A stretch of 64,000 nucleotides of DNA from a virus. The position numbers and the translations under genes are program-made. The stretch covers positions 12,799 to 76,798 of IMG/VR virus record IMGVR_UViG_3300025645_000054. One strand, written 5' to 3'. Below are positions 45,277 through 55,507 of the stretch, one piece after another. Each line of letters begins with the position of its first letter. Position 1 is the first letter of the stretch. Below the pieces are notes generated by a model. The model saw only the letters and a list, made by a program, of their open reading frames with translations, was not told the origin of the DNA and ran no database searches.

Positions 45277-45741
45277 ATGAAGTTCTTGACATACAAGGAC
45301 TTAATGAGCAAAAGTGTACCCCCTTGGAAGCAAGCCGAGCGAGATTTTGAAGGTTTCTTCAATGACATGGGCAAGAAGGCCTATGTCCATCGCCTCACAG
45401 ACACCGCCGCGGCCAAGGCCACGGGGGGCAAGGGGGCCTTCGTCGTCGCCCAGCCCTCAGATTACATCGGGGTGATGCCGGGGATCACCTTTTTTGGGGA
45501 GGTGAAATCCTCACAAGACCTTGTGTCTTTCCCCCACAGCAACATCAAGCGCAACCAACTGGCTCAGTCCCGACGGATCATCGCCGCCGGCGGCTCCTAC
45601 CTCTTCTTCATCAAGAGTGAACATTTCAAAGAATGGTTCCTCGTTCCCGCTCAATTCTTCATCGCCAACATCAAGGGGAAGAAGTCCACAAAATGGACCG
45701 ATCTCGCCGAATACAAGTGGAACCCCAATGAACTTTCCTGA
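45277..45741 (+). CDS. PD-(D/E)xK nuclease, RecU-like Holliday junction resolvase
   Basis: E..F, PSDYIG...FFGEVKS, I..NQ. Confidence 0.75.
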   Translation: MKFLTYKDLMSKSVPPWKQAERDFEGFFNDMGKKAYVHRLTDTAAAKATGGKGAFVVAQPSDYIGVMPGITFFGEVKSSQDLVSFPHSNIKRNQLAQSRRIIAAGGSYLFFIKSEHFKEWFLVPAQFFIANIKGKKSTKWTDLAEYKWNPNELS

Positions 45742-46276
45742 CATCATGGTCGACATCGAGACCACCGGCACTCAGCCAGAGCGCACCAATATGATCCAGC
45801 TGGCAGCTGTCCGGTTCAACCTCAAGACAGGGGACGTGGACACGAATTTCTTCGACCGCTGCCTCCTGCCTCTCCCCACCCGTTTCTGGGATGAGGATAC
45901 CCGCACTTGGTGGTCCAAGATGCCAAAGATCCTGGACGGGATCTGGGGCCGCATGGAACCCCCCGCGAAGGTCATGCAGGATTTCGGCCGATGGGCTGGT
46001 CATGAGAACGAAGCGGAGACCCTGCATTTTTGGGGGAAGCCTATCAGTTTCGATTACGCGTTCGTGGCCAGCTACTTCCGGGACATGGGTCAGATCAATC
46101 CGTTCCACTTCCGTATGGCGCAGGACCAGAACACCTTCATCCGCGCACGGTACTTCCCTGAAGACCCTCCCCCGATCGAGAAGGAAATCGAGTTCATGGG
46201 GGACGCACACAACGCTCTCCACGATGCCCTTCATCAGGTCCGCGTGGTCCTCGAGGCATATGAAAGAACACGATAA
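45728..46276 (+). CDS. DEDDh 3'-5' exonuclease
   Basis: MVDIETTG, SFD, HNALHDA. Confidence 0.85.
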   Translation: MNFPDIMVDIETTGTQPERTNMIQLAAVRFNLKTGDVDTNFFDRCLLPLPTRFWDEDTRTWWSKMPKILDGIWGRMEPPAKVMQDFGRWAGHENEAETLHFWGKPISFDYAFVASYFRDMGQINPFHFRMAQDQNTFIRARYFPEDPPPIEKEIEFMGDAHNALHDALHQVRVVLEAYERTR

Positions 46277-46277
46277 T

Positions 46278-46811
46278 ATGGGAAAACACAGCAACTTTCT
46301 TCGTCGGAAACATGATCAGTATTTCACTCCGGAGAAACCGGTGTTCTCTCTGGTCCCGTACCTCCCACAGGATACTTTCACGTTCATAGAACCCTGTGCT
46401 GGAGACGGCCGGTTGGTATGTCACTTGGAGCGAAACACGTCGGGAGTTTGTGTCGGAGCTTATGACATCGACCCTAAACCTGGAGATTTCCACGTCAGAT
46501 CAGGGGATGCTTTTGACCCTGTGGATGTATCAGTAGATTTCTTCATTACCAACCCCCCGTGGACCCGTCAGATCCTGCACCCGATGATCATTCACCTGTC
46601 GGACATGAAACCCACTTGGCTCCTGTTCGACGGTGATTGGCTATTCACCAAGCAGGCCAAGCCATACCTGCCCCGCCTGAAGAAGGTCGTGGCTGTGGGG
46701 CGGGTCAGCTGGATGGAGAACGGGACCAGTGGAAAAGACAACGCAGCTTGGTACCTCTTCGACCGGGGGAACAACCAACAGACAGAATTTTATGGAAAGG
46801 ACGCAGCATGA
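46278..46811 (+). CDS. orphan DNA amino (N6-adenine) methyltransferase
   Basis: DQYFTP, EPCAGDG (motif I), ITNPPW (motif IV). Confidence 0.85.
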   Translation: MGKHSNFLRRKHDQYFTPEKPVFSLVPYLPQDTFTFIEPCAGDGRLVCHLERNTSGVCVGAYDIDPKPGDFHVRSGDAFDPVDVSVDFFITNPPWTRQILHPMIIHLSDMKPTWLLFDGDWLFTKQAKPYLPRLKKVVAVGRVSWMENGTSGKDNAAWYLFDRGNNQQTEFYGKDAA

Positions 46812-47716
46812 AATATGTGACAGTCGGCGATCCCCACCTGGGGCGCAAGTTTCGTACCGGCGTCCCGCTGCACCGTATCGGTGACCGCGAGGCGATGGTG
46901 TGGGCCCAGTTCGAGAAAGAACTGAAATCCCATGATGGGGACATCCACATCAACATGGGAGATCTCTTCGACAAATTTGTCGTCAGCCCTGAAGTCGTCC
47001 TCCGTGCTGCGGACCTGTATCTCAACGCGGCGAAGAACCTCCCCAGCTGCCGCTTCTACGTGCTCCGTGGCAACCACGATGCCTCAAAAGACACGACCAA
47101 GCGGTCTTCCTTTGATATCTTCACCCAACTGGTCGCGGGAGCGCCTAACATCTCTGTGGTCTCCTCAACTCAGGTTGTCGATGGCACGATCGGACTCGTT
47201 GGCTATGATCCGTTTGTCCCTGTCGTAGACCAGATTGAGGAGCTGCCGGATGAACTAGACGTGGTCTATATGCACCACGACTTCGTGGATTTTGGCGGTG
47301 ACCATGTCATCCCGACAGAGCTTCTGGCCCGCAGGGGTATCTTCAAAGTGGTCAATGGCCACGATCACCTGAAGCGTACCGAGAAGCGCCATGGTGTGAC
47401 CGTGGAGCTCACCGGTTCCATGCAGCCCTACACCCACGCCGAGGATGACACGGGAGACTGGTACCAGACGCACACGCTGGAAACCATTCCCGGGGACTGC
47501 ACCAACCTGAACATTCGGGTGCTGCTGACAGAGGGTGAGATCCTGCCTGAGGACCTCGACTGTCTGTCCCTGATCGGCAAGCGCGTGGTCGAGGGAGAGC
47601 AAGACCTCGAGGTCGACACCACGGAATTTGACACCTTCGACATCCACACCGCGCTGTCCGAGGCTGTGCACCCGGAGGTCCGGGCCCTCATCATGGAGAA
47701 ATTCGATGCTGCGTAA
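46808..47716 (+). CDS. SbcD/Mre11-like nuclease
   Basis: GDPH, GDLFD, GNHD, HH, GHDH phosphoesterase motifs; paired with SbcC. Confidence 0.88.
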   Translation: MKYVTVGDPHLGRKFRTGVPLHRIGDREAMVWAQFEKELKSHDGDIHINMGDLFDKFVVSPEVVLRAADLYLNAAKNLPSCRFYVLRGNHDASKDTTKRSSFDIFTQLVAGAPNISVVSSTQVVDGTIGLVGYDPFVPVVDQIEELPDELDVVYMHHDFVDFGGDHVIPTELLARRGIFKVVNGHDHLKRTEKRHGVTVELTGSMQPYTHAEDDTGDWYQTHTLETIPGDCTNLNIRVLLTEGEILPEDLDCLSLIGKRVVEGEQDLEVDTTEFDTFDIHTALSEAVHPEVRALIMEKFDAA

Positions 47717-49472
47717 GCTCTACATCAACCACATGTTTCGACATAACGATGTGACTTTTGAGTTCCAAAAGGGACTGACAGGGATCATCGGCCCCAACGA
47801 GAGTGGCAAGAGCCTGATCACAGAAGCGGTTCGCTATGCTCTGTTTGGTTCGCAGGCCCTGCGCGGGACCTCTGAGGATTACAAAAAGCTGCATGTCGAA
47901 CTGGACTTCACAGTTTCTGACGTTGACTACCACGTCACCCGGAAGGGCAGTCGCGCCGAACTGACTGGTGGGGTACAGGCCACGGCCACCAAGCCGGTGA
48001 ATGAAGCCCTCATTCGGATCCTTGGCTACAACCTGACTGTGTTCGACGTGGCCAACGCCTGCAACCAAGGTCAGGTCGAGGCGCTGTCAGACATGCGGCC
48101 GGCCGAGCGCAAGGCCATGGTTGATCAAACAGTGGGTCTCGATGTCCTCGACGGGATCATCAAGTTCTGCGGCGACGAGGGCAACGCGCTGAAGCGCGAG
48201 GCTCAGGGACTGGAGCGGACCCTGATCGCACCTGTGGCCCCGGAAGTGCCCGAGGATATAATGGACGTCGCGGACGCAGAGGCCGAGCTGGCCGAGGCCG
48301 AGTTCCTGTCCAACGAGTATCTGCAGCTGAAGGGGGCCCTGTCTTCGGCCCCTGTGAAGCCCAAGAAGCCCAAGGCCTGTAAGGTCAAGGACCCCATCGA
48401 GGTACTGGAGGCGATCTTGGAACGCCGTAAGACTTTGATCTCCTCGATCGCCAACACCCAGCGTCTGCAGAAAGAACTGGACCTGCCTTTCACTTCGATC
48501 GCAGAGATCAATGGCTACGAGGAACAACACGCGGCCTATGACCTCTGGGTCTCTAAGAAGAAGTTGCTGGATCAGGGCAACCTCGAGTGCCCCGATTGCG
48601 GACACTCCTGGCCCGTGGCCGAGGGACTGGACCAATACGCCGATGTGGTGGAGGTCTCACCCCCTTCTATGACCCGGGCCGCGATCGCCACCCAGCGCGG
48701 TCTGCATGAGAACTATGCCAAGCTGGAGAGCTTCCGGACCCGGGCCGCGGCCTATGAAGAAGAGCTGGCCGAGACGACGGACCGCTCAGAGGATCTGAAG
48801 GTTCGTCGGGATTGGGAGCAGGAGCAGCTGACCTATGAGAGCCAGCTGGTTGCGTACAAGACCTACTCAGAGGGTCTGGAAGAGAAGCAAGCCCAGTTCG
48901 AACTGCTGGAGGGGTGGCCTGAGGTCAAGCAAAGCCTGACCCAGGTACTGGCGATCTCCCGGGGCTACGCCAAGGACAAGGCCGTCTTTGACAAGCAACA
49001 GCGGGTCTATGAAGAGAACCGCCAAGTGCATGAAGATCTGGTGTATCGGGCCGAGTGTTTCCTCCAGAGCCGAAAGGCTGTCGGGGATCTGAAACTGCGG
49101 ATCAAGACACACCTGTTGCCCTCGCTGAACAGCGTGGCGTCCCTGTTGCTGAACCGCATGACCGGTGGGGAGCGCTCACTGGTCCAGATCGACACGGATT
49201 TTGAGATCCTGATCGACGACCAGCGTCTCCACACTCTTTCAGGATCCGGTAAGGCGGTGGCCAATCTGGCTGTCCGCTTGGCCCTTGGCCAGATCCTGAC
49301 CAACCGGGTCTTCTCTGTATTCATGGCTGACGAGATCGATGCCTCCATGGATGAAGAGCGGGCTGCGTACACCGCCGAGGCCCTGCGACGTCTCACCAAT
49401 CAAGTGGCCCAAGTGATCCAAGTGACCCACAAACGGCCAGAAACCGATCACACAATCGAGCTGAATAAATGA
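47706..49472 (+). CDS. SbcC/Rad50-like ATPase
   Basis: GPNESGKS Walker A, coiled coil with CPDC hook, LSGSG signature, FMADE Walker B, VTH. Confidence 0.9.
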   Translation: MLRKLYINHMFRHNDVTFEFQKGLTGIIGPNESGKSLITEAVRYALFGSQALRGTSEDYKKLHVELDFTVSDVDYHVTRKGSRAELTGGVQATATKPVNEALIRILGYNLTVFDVANACNQGQVEALSDMRPAERKAMVDQTVGLDVLDGIIKFCGDEGNALKREAQGLERTLIAPVAPEVPEDIMDVADAEAELAEAEFLSNEYLQLKGALSSAPVKPKKPKACKVKDPIEVLEAILERRKTLISSIANTQRLQKELDLPFTSIAEINGYEEQHAAYDLWVSKKKLLDQGNLECPDCGHSWPVAEGLDQYADVVEVSPPSMTRAAIATQRGLHENYAKLESFRTRAAAYEEELAETTDRSEDLKVRRDWEQEQLTYESQLVAYKTYSEGLEEKQAQFELLEGWPEVKQSLTQVLAISRGYAKDKAVFDKQQRVYEENRQVHEDLVYRAECFLQSRKAVGDLKLRIKTHLLPSLNSVASLLLNRMTGGERSLVQIDTDFEILIDDQRLHTLSGSGKAVANLAVRLALGQILTNRVFSVFMADEIDASMDEERAAYTAEALRRLTNQVAQVIQVTHKRPETDHTIELNK

Positions 49473-49807
49473 ATGACCTGCTGAAAACAAATCGGTGTCC
49501 TCACGACATCGCCGAGAAGCTGGACATCCCACTGGCCAAGGCGCGCAAGATGGTGATGGACTGCAATTTTGAACTTGAGGGCTGGGGCCGGCCGGGGCTG
49601 CAGAAGCACATCATCTCCCGCAAGCGGTCCACGGCCAGCTGGCCCCAGCACCACCGGGAGCGGATCCATCAGTTTCAAAAGCTCCACGATCAGGGGCGCA
49701 TCAACATTTGTCAGGGTAAGGACGGGGACTTCTGCATTCTCTATGCCCTCCCCAACCGTGTTCAGATCTCGCGGGATCCATACTTTTTCGTGGAAAGGGG
49801 CTACTGA
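49469..49807 (+). CDS. hypothetical protein
   Basis: Coupled at both ends; N-terminal HDIAEKLDI is HTH-like. Confidence 0.65.
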   Translation: MNDLLKTNRCPHDIAEKLDIPLAKARKMVMDCNFELEGWGRPGLQKHIISRKRSTASWPQHHRERIHQFQKLHDQGRINICQGKDGDFCILYALPNRVQISRDPYFFVERGY

Positions 49808-50361
49808 TGCTGATCGGAATTGTAGGCAAGAAGGGGGCCGGTAAGGACACCGCGGCCGAGGGTCTTCTGGAGATGGGGTTCGTCAACCTGAAGATGGCGG
49901 ATACCCTGAAGGATATGCTGCGGGCGTTGTACGCCTGTGCGCAGATCCCGATCGAGATGGTTGAGCGGAAAGTTGAGGGGGACTTGAAAGAGGTCCCCTG
50001 TGACATTCTTCAAGGTCAGACGCCCCGCCACGCGATGCAAACATTGGGGACAGAGTGGCGCAACATGATCGGGCGCGACCTCTGGACCGACATTTGGCGA
50101 TCTCGTCTCGAGGCATGTGCCCGCGAGGGACGGCCCGTTGTCTGCACTGACATCCGGTTTCAGCATGAGCTCGACCTGCTGACGGAACTGGGTGGGTTTG
50201 CCATTCGTATCGAACGCCCCGATCTGTTCTCCACAGATGGGCACATTTCTGAGACGGAAATGCTGGATCTGCAGGTGGACGTCGTTCTCACCAACGATGG
50301 CGAAAAAGAAGATCTCCAGATCGCCATGACCTACCTCTTAACTTCAGGACTTCTCAAATGA
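49807..50361 (+). CDS. deoxynucleoside monophosphate kinase
   Basis: GKKGAGKDT, FAD-like MADTLK, PR.AMQ.LGTEW.R, TDIRF..E, H.SE. Confidence 0.88.
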   Translation: MLIGIVGKKGAGKDTAAEGLLEMGFVNLKMADTLKDMLRALYACAQIPIEMVERKVEGDLKEVPCDILQGQTPRHAMQTLGTEWRNMIGRDLWTDIWRSRLEACAREGRPVVCTDIRFQHELDLLTELGGFAIRIERPDLFSTDGHISETEMLDLQVDVVLTNDGEKEDLQIAMTYLLTSGLLK

Positions 50362-51200
50362 CCACAACTGTTGAAATGATCGCAGACTCGATATCCCCCG
50401 AGGGTATTCGTCTGCCAACCATGGTGCTCCGGAACCCCCGGATGATCCACTCCGAGTTCATGACCCACCGTGTGGTTTCACGAAACGCCTCATCCTCCCG
50501 GGCCATCCCCCTGAAGCGGGCCCGGGCCGACATCCGGAACGACCCCGCCTATCCAGCTTCATGGGGGTCGAACCAGCGTGGTATGCAGGCCGGCTCAGAT
50601 CTCTCTGGCTGGCGTCTGGGGCTGACCAAAGCCGCATGGAACCACCATCGGCGCATGTCCTTGTTCTGCTCCTGGCTCACCGAGAAGGCCGGGGCCCACA
50701 AACAAATCGGCAACCGCCTGACCGAGACCCACAGCCACATCTCACTGGTGGTGACGGCCACGTCATGGGCCAATTTCGAGGCCCTGCGGGACCACCCCGA
50801 TGCGGATCCCACGATCCAGCTGACCGCCCGGGCCATTAAGGAGTGTATGGCCGCTTCGACCCCCACGCTGTTGCACCCGGGTGAGTGGCATCTTCCCTTC
50901 GTCAAGGAATACGAACAGGAGAGCTTCACTCTGGCGGAGTGCAAGGTCATGTCCGTGGCCCGCACCGCGCGTATCTCCTACAACACCCATGACGGCAAGC
51001 ACTCCTCACTGGAGAATGACCAGCTTCTCTATGACCAGCTGATGGGGTTCCCGGTCCATGCCTCACCTTTTGAGCATCAAGCGACCCCGGACAAGAAGTG
51101 GTCCCGCAACCGCTGGGGCAAGCCCGATCTTCATGGGAACATCTATGGTTGGATACAGCACCGCAAGATGATCGAGGGGGAGGCCATCCATGAGTACTGA
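50358..51200 (+). CDS. thyX: flavin-dependent thymidylate synthase
   Basis: EFMTHRVVSRNASSSRAIP ThyX motif; ARISY; HASPFEH. Confidence 0.88.
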   Translation: MTTTVEMIADSISPEGIRLPTMVLRNPRMIHSEFMTHRVVSRNASSSRAIPLKRARADIRNDPAYPASWGSNQRGMQAGSDLSGWRLGLTKAAWNHHRRMSLFCSWLTEKAGAHKQIGNRLTETHSHISLVVTATSWANFEALRDHPDADPTIQLTARAIKECMAASTPTLLHPGEWHLPFVKEYEQESFTLAECKVMSVARTARISYNTHDGKHSSLENDQLLYDQLMGFPVHASPFEHQATPDKKWSRNRWGKPDLHGNIYGWIQHRKMIEGEAIHEY

Positions 51201-51534
51201 TGTCCAATCCCATGGCCTGATGGCCCCCATCCTCTCGTTCACTGGGGACCGGGAGGAAATCTGTGAACTGATCTGGGAGGACCGGTCGGCCCTTCGGGTC
51301 AACTATGAGGGAACACTGGCCTATATCGACAATGGCGGGCGGTCGACAGACGTCCTGCATTTCACCAGTGGGGTCTCCCCCGAGGAACTGGGGCTGGCCG
51401 GGATCCCTTACAACATCATGATCGCGATCGACAGGGCCCGGTCCTTCCATTGCACTTGGTACAACGGCAGCGACAGCCCAATGGACACCCTCACCCTTGA
51501 GGAATTTTACCGCAGAACGGAAGGCCTATCATGA
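51190..51534 (+). CDS. hypothetical protein
   Basis: GGAGG SD, coupled. Confidence 0.65.
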   Translation: MSTDVQSHGLMAPILSFTGDREEICELIWEDRSALRVNYEGTLAYIDNGGRSTDVLHFTSGVSPEELGLAGIPYNIMIAIDRARSFHCTWYNGSDSPMDTLTLEEFYRRTEGLS

Positions 51535-52052
51535 ACCGCTATCAACAGAACTGCCTCACCACCGAGAGCCTCAACTGGCACCAGCCTGATACCCGGTTGC
51601 TCCATGCATCCATGGGACTGGTCACCGAAACGGCGGAACTTCTCGCCTTCACGGACCGGGTGAACTTCCTTGAAGAGCTGGGAGACATCCTCTGGTACAT
51701 CTCAGTGGGCACAGACACACTGCAGTGCACCTTGGTCGAGCTGGATGACCTGACCCCGGACCTGAACGGGGACGAAGAGCTGATTGAGATGATGGTCACG
51801 GACGCCGCGGACATCCTCGACCGGATGAAGAAGTCCATCTTCTACGGCCGGGGTCTCGATCGTCTGACACTCCTGCAGAAGTTCGCGGCCCTGCTGTCCT
51901 GTGTTGAGCTCATGGCCATCACTGTGAACTCCAGCCTCGAAGAGGTCATGGATCTGAACATCAAGAAACTGCAGCGCCGGTTCCCCGACAAAGAGTTCAA
52001 TTCCCACCACGCCAACAACCGGGATGTTGCGGCGGAAATGTCCGAATTTTAA
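51531..52052 (+). CDS. MazG-like nucleotide pyrophosphohydrolase
   Basis: GLVTETAE...EELGDILWY; second degenerate repeat; NIKKLQRRFP. Confidence 0.8.
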   Translation: MNRYQQNCLTTESLNWHQPDTRLLHASMGLVTETAELLAFTDRVNFLEELGDILWYISVGTDTLQCTLVELDDLTPDLNGDEELIEMMVTDAADILDRMKKSIFYGRGLDRLTLLQKFAALLSCVELMAITVNSSLEEVMDLNIKKLQRRFPDKEFNSHHANNRDVAAEMSEF

Positions 52053-52120
52053 TACTTGCCTGAGTCCAGTCGGTACTAGATATTGACTGGACATTTACTT
52101 CCAATCAAAGGACGACAATT

Positions 52121-54322
52121 ATGAAAGACGTGGCTTCACCCGCCTCGGACCGATTTTCTGCGGCTATCTCTAAGGAGATATGGGCCCTGAAATACCAGCT
52201 CAAAAACCATGATGGTACCATTCTGGACCATGATGTGACGGACACCTGGAAGCGCATCGCCCACCATTTGGCTTCATGTGAAGCGGAGCAGGTGCGGGGC
52301 CAATACGAACAAGAATTTTTCGACGCTTTGGAAGACTTCAAATATCTGACGGCCGGCCGGATCACCGCCGGGGCCGGGACGGATCGCAGTGTGACCCTGT
52401 TCAACTGCTTCGTCATGGGAACGGTGCCTGACTCGATGTCAGGGATCATGGACATGCTCAAAGAAGCGGCATTGACCATGCAGCAGGGCGGCGGGATCGG
52501 CTATGATTTCTCAACCATCCGCCCCAAGGGAGCCGAGGTCAAAGGGGTCTCCGCAGATGCCTCTGGCCCTCTGACGTTCATGGATGTCTGGGACACCATG
52601 TGTAAGACGATCATGTCTGCCGGGTCGCGCCGGGGCGCGATGATGGCCACGATGCGCTGCGATCACCCAGACGTGGTGGATTTCATCACCGCGAAGGAAG
52701 ATCCCAAGCGCCTGCGCAACTTCAACGTCTCCGTCCTGATCACCGATGCCTTCATGAATGCGGTCGAGTGTGGCAAGAATTGGGACTTGGTGTTCGGCGG
52801 TAAGACCTACGCTACCGTCCCTGCGCAGGAGCTCTGGGACCTGATCATGACCTCGACCTATGCTCAGGCGGAGCCGGGTGTCATCTTCATCGATCGCATC
52901 AACCAGATGAACAACCTGAAATATTGTGAGACCATTGCTGCGACCAACCCTTGTGGTGAGCAGCCTCTGCCACCCTATGGTGCCTGCCTTCTGGGCTCCA
53001 TCAATCTGGCAAAAATAGTCAAGGCCCCGTTCACGGACAAAGCTCAGATCGACCAGAAGGAGCTCAAGAAACTGGTCCACTCTGCGGTACGGATGATGGA
53101 CAACGTCGTGGACGTGTCCAAGTTCCCCCTGCCAGAGCAGGAAAAGGAGGCCAAGGCCAAGCGTCGTATCGGTCTGGGTGTCACAGGTGTCGCGTCAGCA
53201 CTGGCCATGTGTAAGATCGCCTATGGATCTGAAGAGTCAGAGGCCCTGTTGGGTCAGTGGATGCATCAGATCGATGTCGAGGCCTATGAGGCGTCTATCC
53301 TCTTGGCCCAAGAGAAGGGGTCCTTCCCCCTCTTCGATGCCGACAAAATCCTCGAAACGGGTACCCACGCCTCGATGTTGCCTAAGGGCACCCGGGAGCG
53401 CATCCGCAAGCATGGCCTCCGCAATGCTCTGCTGACGTCCATTGCCCCCACGGGCACCATCAGCCTCTATGCCGGGAACGTCTCCTCAGGGATCGAGCCC
53501 ATGTTTGCCCACAGCTACATTCGAAAGGTGACCCAGCGTGACGGAACCAAGACAGAAGAGTTGGTGGAAGACTACGCTGTGGCACTATTTCGGGAGCTTC
53601 ATGGCGACATTGATCTTCCGGATTATTTTGTCACCGCCCAAACTCTGTCTCCATTGGATCATGTCCGTATGCAGGCCGTTGTCCAACGGTGGGTTGATAG
53701 TTCCATCTCCAAAACCATCAACTGTCCCGAAGACATCAGCTTTGAGGACTTCAAAGAGGTCTATCTGGAAGCGTGGAAACTCGGATGTAAGGGCTGCACT
53801 ACCTACCGCCCCAACGACATCACGGGTTCCGTCCTCTCGGTTGAAACCAAGGAAGAGAAGCCTGCCCCAGTAACGGGTCCGATCCTTGCCCAGCGTGACG
53901 AGGCCATGGATGGCCAGACGTACAAATTCAAATGGCCTGAGCTGCCGCATGCATTTTACGTCACCATCAACAACGACACTGCTGGCAACCCTTTCGAGAT
54001 CTTCGTGAACTCCCAGAACATCGAAACGCAGGCAGACATGACGGCCTTGACCCGCATGATCTCGGCTGTGTTCCGGCGGGGCGGGGACATCTCGTTCATC
54101 TCGCAGGAGCTGAAACAGATCCACGACCCCCGTGGTGGTGCTTGGGTGGGCGGATCTTACGTGCCCTCTCTCACTGCAGCCATTGGGGGTCTCATCGATC
54201 GCCATACCGGCAAGGCCACCGTGGCCACCGGTGCAACCTGTCCCTCTTGTTCAGAGCCCACCCTGATCAAGATCTCTGGCTGTCCTACCTGCCAGAGCTG
54301 CGGCTATTCCAAGTGTGGGTAA
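52121..54322 (+). CDS. nrdJ: class II (B12-dependent) ribonucleotide reductase
   Basis: FNCFV, GGGIG, TNPCGEQ, APTGTIS; C-terminal extra domain and CxxC zinc ribbon; no beta subunit in the window. Confidence 0.9.
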   Translation: MKDVASPASDRFSAAISKEIWALKYQLKNHDGTILDHDVTDTWKRIAHHLASCEAEQVRGQYEQEFFDALEDFKYLTAGRITAGAGTDRSVTLFNCFVMGTVPDSMSGIMDMLKEAALTMQQGGGIGYDFSTIRPKGAEVKGVSADASGPLTFMDVWDTMCKTIMSAGSRRGAMMATMRCDHPDVVDFITAKEDPKRLRNFNVSVLITDAFMNAVECGKNWDLVFGGKTYATVPAQELWDLIMTSTYAQAEPGVIFIDRINQMNNLKYCETIAATNPCGEQPLPPYGACLLGSINLAKIVKAPFTDKAQIDQKELKKLVHSAVRMMDNVVDVSKFPLPEQEKEAKAKRRIGLGVTGVASALAMCKIAYGSEESEALLGQWMHQIDVEAYEASILLAQEKGSFPLFDADKILETGTHASMLPKGTRERIRKHGLRNALLTSIAPTGTISLYAGNVSSGIEPMFAHSYIRKVTQRDGTKTEELVEDYAVALFRELHGDIDLPDYFVTAQTLSPLDHVRMQAVVQRWVDSSISKTINCPEDISFEDFKEVYLEAWKLGCKGCTTYRPNDITGSVLSVETKEEKPAPVTGPILAQRDEAMDGQTYKFKWPELPHAFYVTINNDTAGNPFEIFVNSQNIETQADMTALTRMISAVFRRGGDISFISQELKQIHDPRGGAWVGGSYVPSLTAAIGGLIDRHTGKATVATGATCPSCSEPTLIKISGCPTCQSCGYSKCG

Positions 54323-54331
54323 GGAGAAGCT

Positions 54332-54439
54332 ATGCTTGAGATTTTTCACTTCATCTTCAGTTCATTCTGGATCTGGCTGGGAACTGTCATCCTGATTGCC
54401 ACCATTGCCACGGCGATCGCCGCGGCCCGAGGTAAATAA
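54332..54439 (+). CDS. 35-aa membrane peptide (not in the ORF track)
   Basis: TAAGGAG SD; MLEIFHFIFSSFWIWLGTVILIATIATAIAAARGK. Confidence 0.65.
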   Translation: MLEIFHFIFSSFWIWLGTVILIATIATAIAAARGK

Positions 54440-54442
54440 AAA

Positions 54443-54474
54443 AGAACCCCGGCTCATTACTGGGCCGGCGTTCT
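54443..54474. terminator. hairpin, possible terminator
   Basis: AGAAC-CCCGGCTCA/TGGGCCGG-CGTTCT flanked by an A-run on the left and T-rich sequence on the right. Confidence 0.55.
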
Positions 54475-54501
54475 AAATTTTCATTCACAAAGGAAACTAC
54501 C

Positions 54502-54870
54502 ATGAAGACTCTCGCAAAGAAGTACCCCACGGCCACCGAATTTCTGACGGTGAGCAACGCCCCCGGTCTCGCCCAGATGCTGGGGATGTTCTACCGGTGC
54601 TCGGATCTGGATCTGGCTTTGGGTACAAACAGTGCTTGTAACAACTGGGTCAACGAACGGGCCGTACCCTCCCGCCGGATGGAGGAAAAAGCCCAGAGTT
54701 TCCTAAAGGGTGTATCCGGGCCAGCCGGAACACCACAAGTTGCGGAAGCGGCCCTCCCCCCTGAGGATGACGCGACCATATACATGGTCGTCTACACAGG
54801 GACCCGGAAAAGGCAGCTGGAGAAAGTCCTGGATCGGATGTTTCATTGTGAGGTGATGGAACTTGACTGA
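54502..54870 (+). CDS. hypothetical protein
   Basis: AAGGA SD; last rightward gene. Confidence 0.7.
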   Translation: MKTLAKKYPTATEFLTVSNAPGLAQMLGMFYRCSDLDLALGTNSACNNWVNERAVPSRRMEEKAQSFLKGVSGPAGTPQVAEAALPPEDDATIYMVVYTGTRKRQLEKVLDRMFHCEVMELD

Positions 54871-54917
54871 TTTCGAAAAACTCGTTCTCAATCTCGTTCA
54901 ATTGAGCCAGAGGGATC

Positions 54918-55145
54918 CTAGCACAGCTGATGATCCAACCGGTGGGTCGGGATAAACGTCGAGGTCACGTCCTCATGGGTGACCTTGAGGATCAGGACGT
55001 TGACCCCGTCCATGGAGCTGTAAAAGTCCTGGCTCTCAGGAAAGTCAGGGGCCTCATCCACGAACTCAATATAGTGGTTCAGGAAGAGGCCCTCGTGATC
55101 CGGGCACTCGTACTCGGCAAAGATCTTCACCAACACTTCAACCAC
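54918..55145 (-). CDS. hypothetical protein
   Basis: Last gene of the lysis unit, overlapping start. Confidence 0.5.
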   Translation of the reverse strand: MVEVLVKIFAEYECPDHEGLFLNHYIEFVDEAPDFPESQDFYSSMDGVNVLILKVTHEDVTSTFIPTHRLDHQLC

Positions 55146-55344
55146 CTGTGCAGACCCCTGTCATACGCGCGTCCAAGAGATTGAACCACTGGACGAACTC
55201 CAGAGGCGCAGCGCCAAGCGCCTCCCAAGGGAGGCTGATCCGCATCTCCCCGTAAGCCCTACACCCCGCCCCAATCACCATCGCGCCGGCGCATGCGCTC
55301 AACGAGATCGCCAGAAGAAAGCCCATAAGTCTCTGCTTGTTCAT
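55138..55344 (-). CDS. lipoprotein, o-spanin (Rz1)-like
   Basis: MNKQRLMGFLLAISLSAC: signal peptide with lipobox; overlaps the upstream TM gene in another frame. Confidence 0.6.
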   Translation of the reverse strand: MNKQRLMGFLLAISLSACAGAMVIGAGCRAYGEMRISLPWEALGAAPLEFVQWFNLLDARMTGVCTGG

Positions 55345-55507
55345 GGTAGATAGCACGTCGTCCCTCCTTATCCCGCTCGAAGCTCTCGAGCGCGTCCTTG
55401 TCTTTCTGTTGAGCCCCGCCACGCCGGAAGACTTCGGCCAAGATGACGAGGATGGTGAAAGCCCCGGCCACATAGGGCCAGAGTTTATTCATGAGGACAG
55501 TCATCAT
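55259..55507 (-). CDS. membrane-anchored protein, i-spanin (Rz)-like
   Basis: N-terminal TM helix plus charged helical tail, directly after the endolysin. Confidence 0.55.
   Translation of the reverse strand: MMTVLMNKLWPYVAGAFTILVILAEVFRRGGAQQKDKDALESFERDKEGRRAIYHEQAETYGLSSGDLVERMRRRDGDWGGV

Noticed and set aside
44028-52052. 2-aminoadenine (Z-genome) or 7-deazaguanine DNA modification pathway
   Set aside because: HD and MazG-like hydrolases are present, but no PurZ, DpdA, FolE or Que-like genes were recognised.
41381-54322. Inteins or introns in polA, nrdJ or terL
   Set aside because: The reading frames are continuous, of ordinary length, and show no intein splice-junction or LAGLIDADG motifs.
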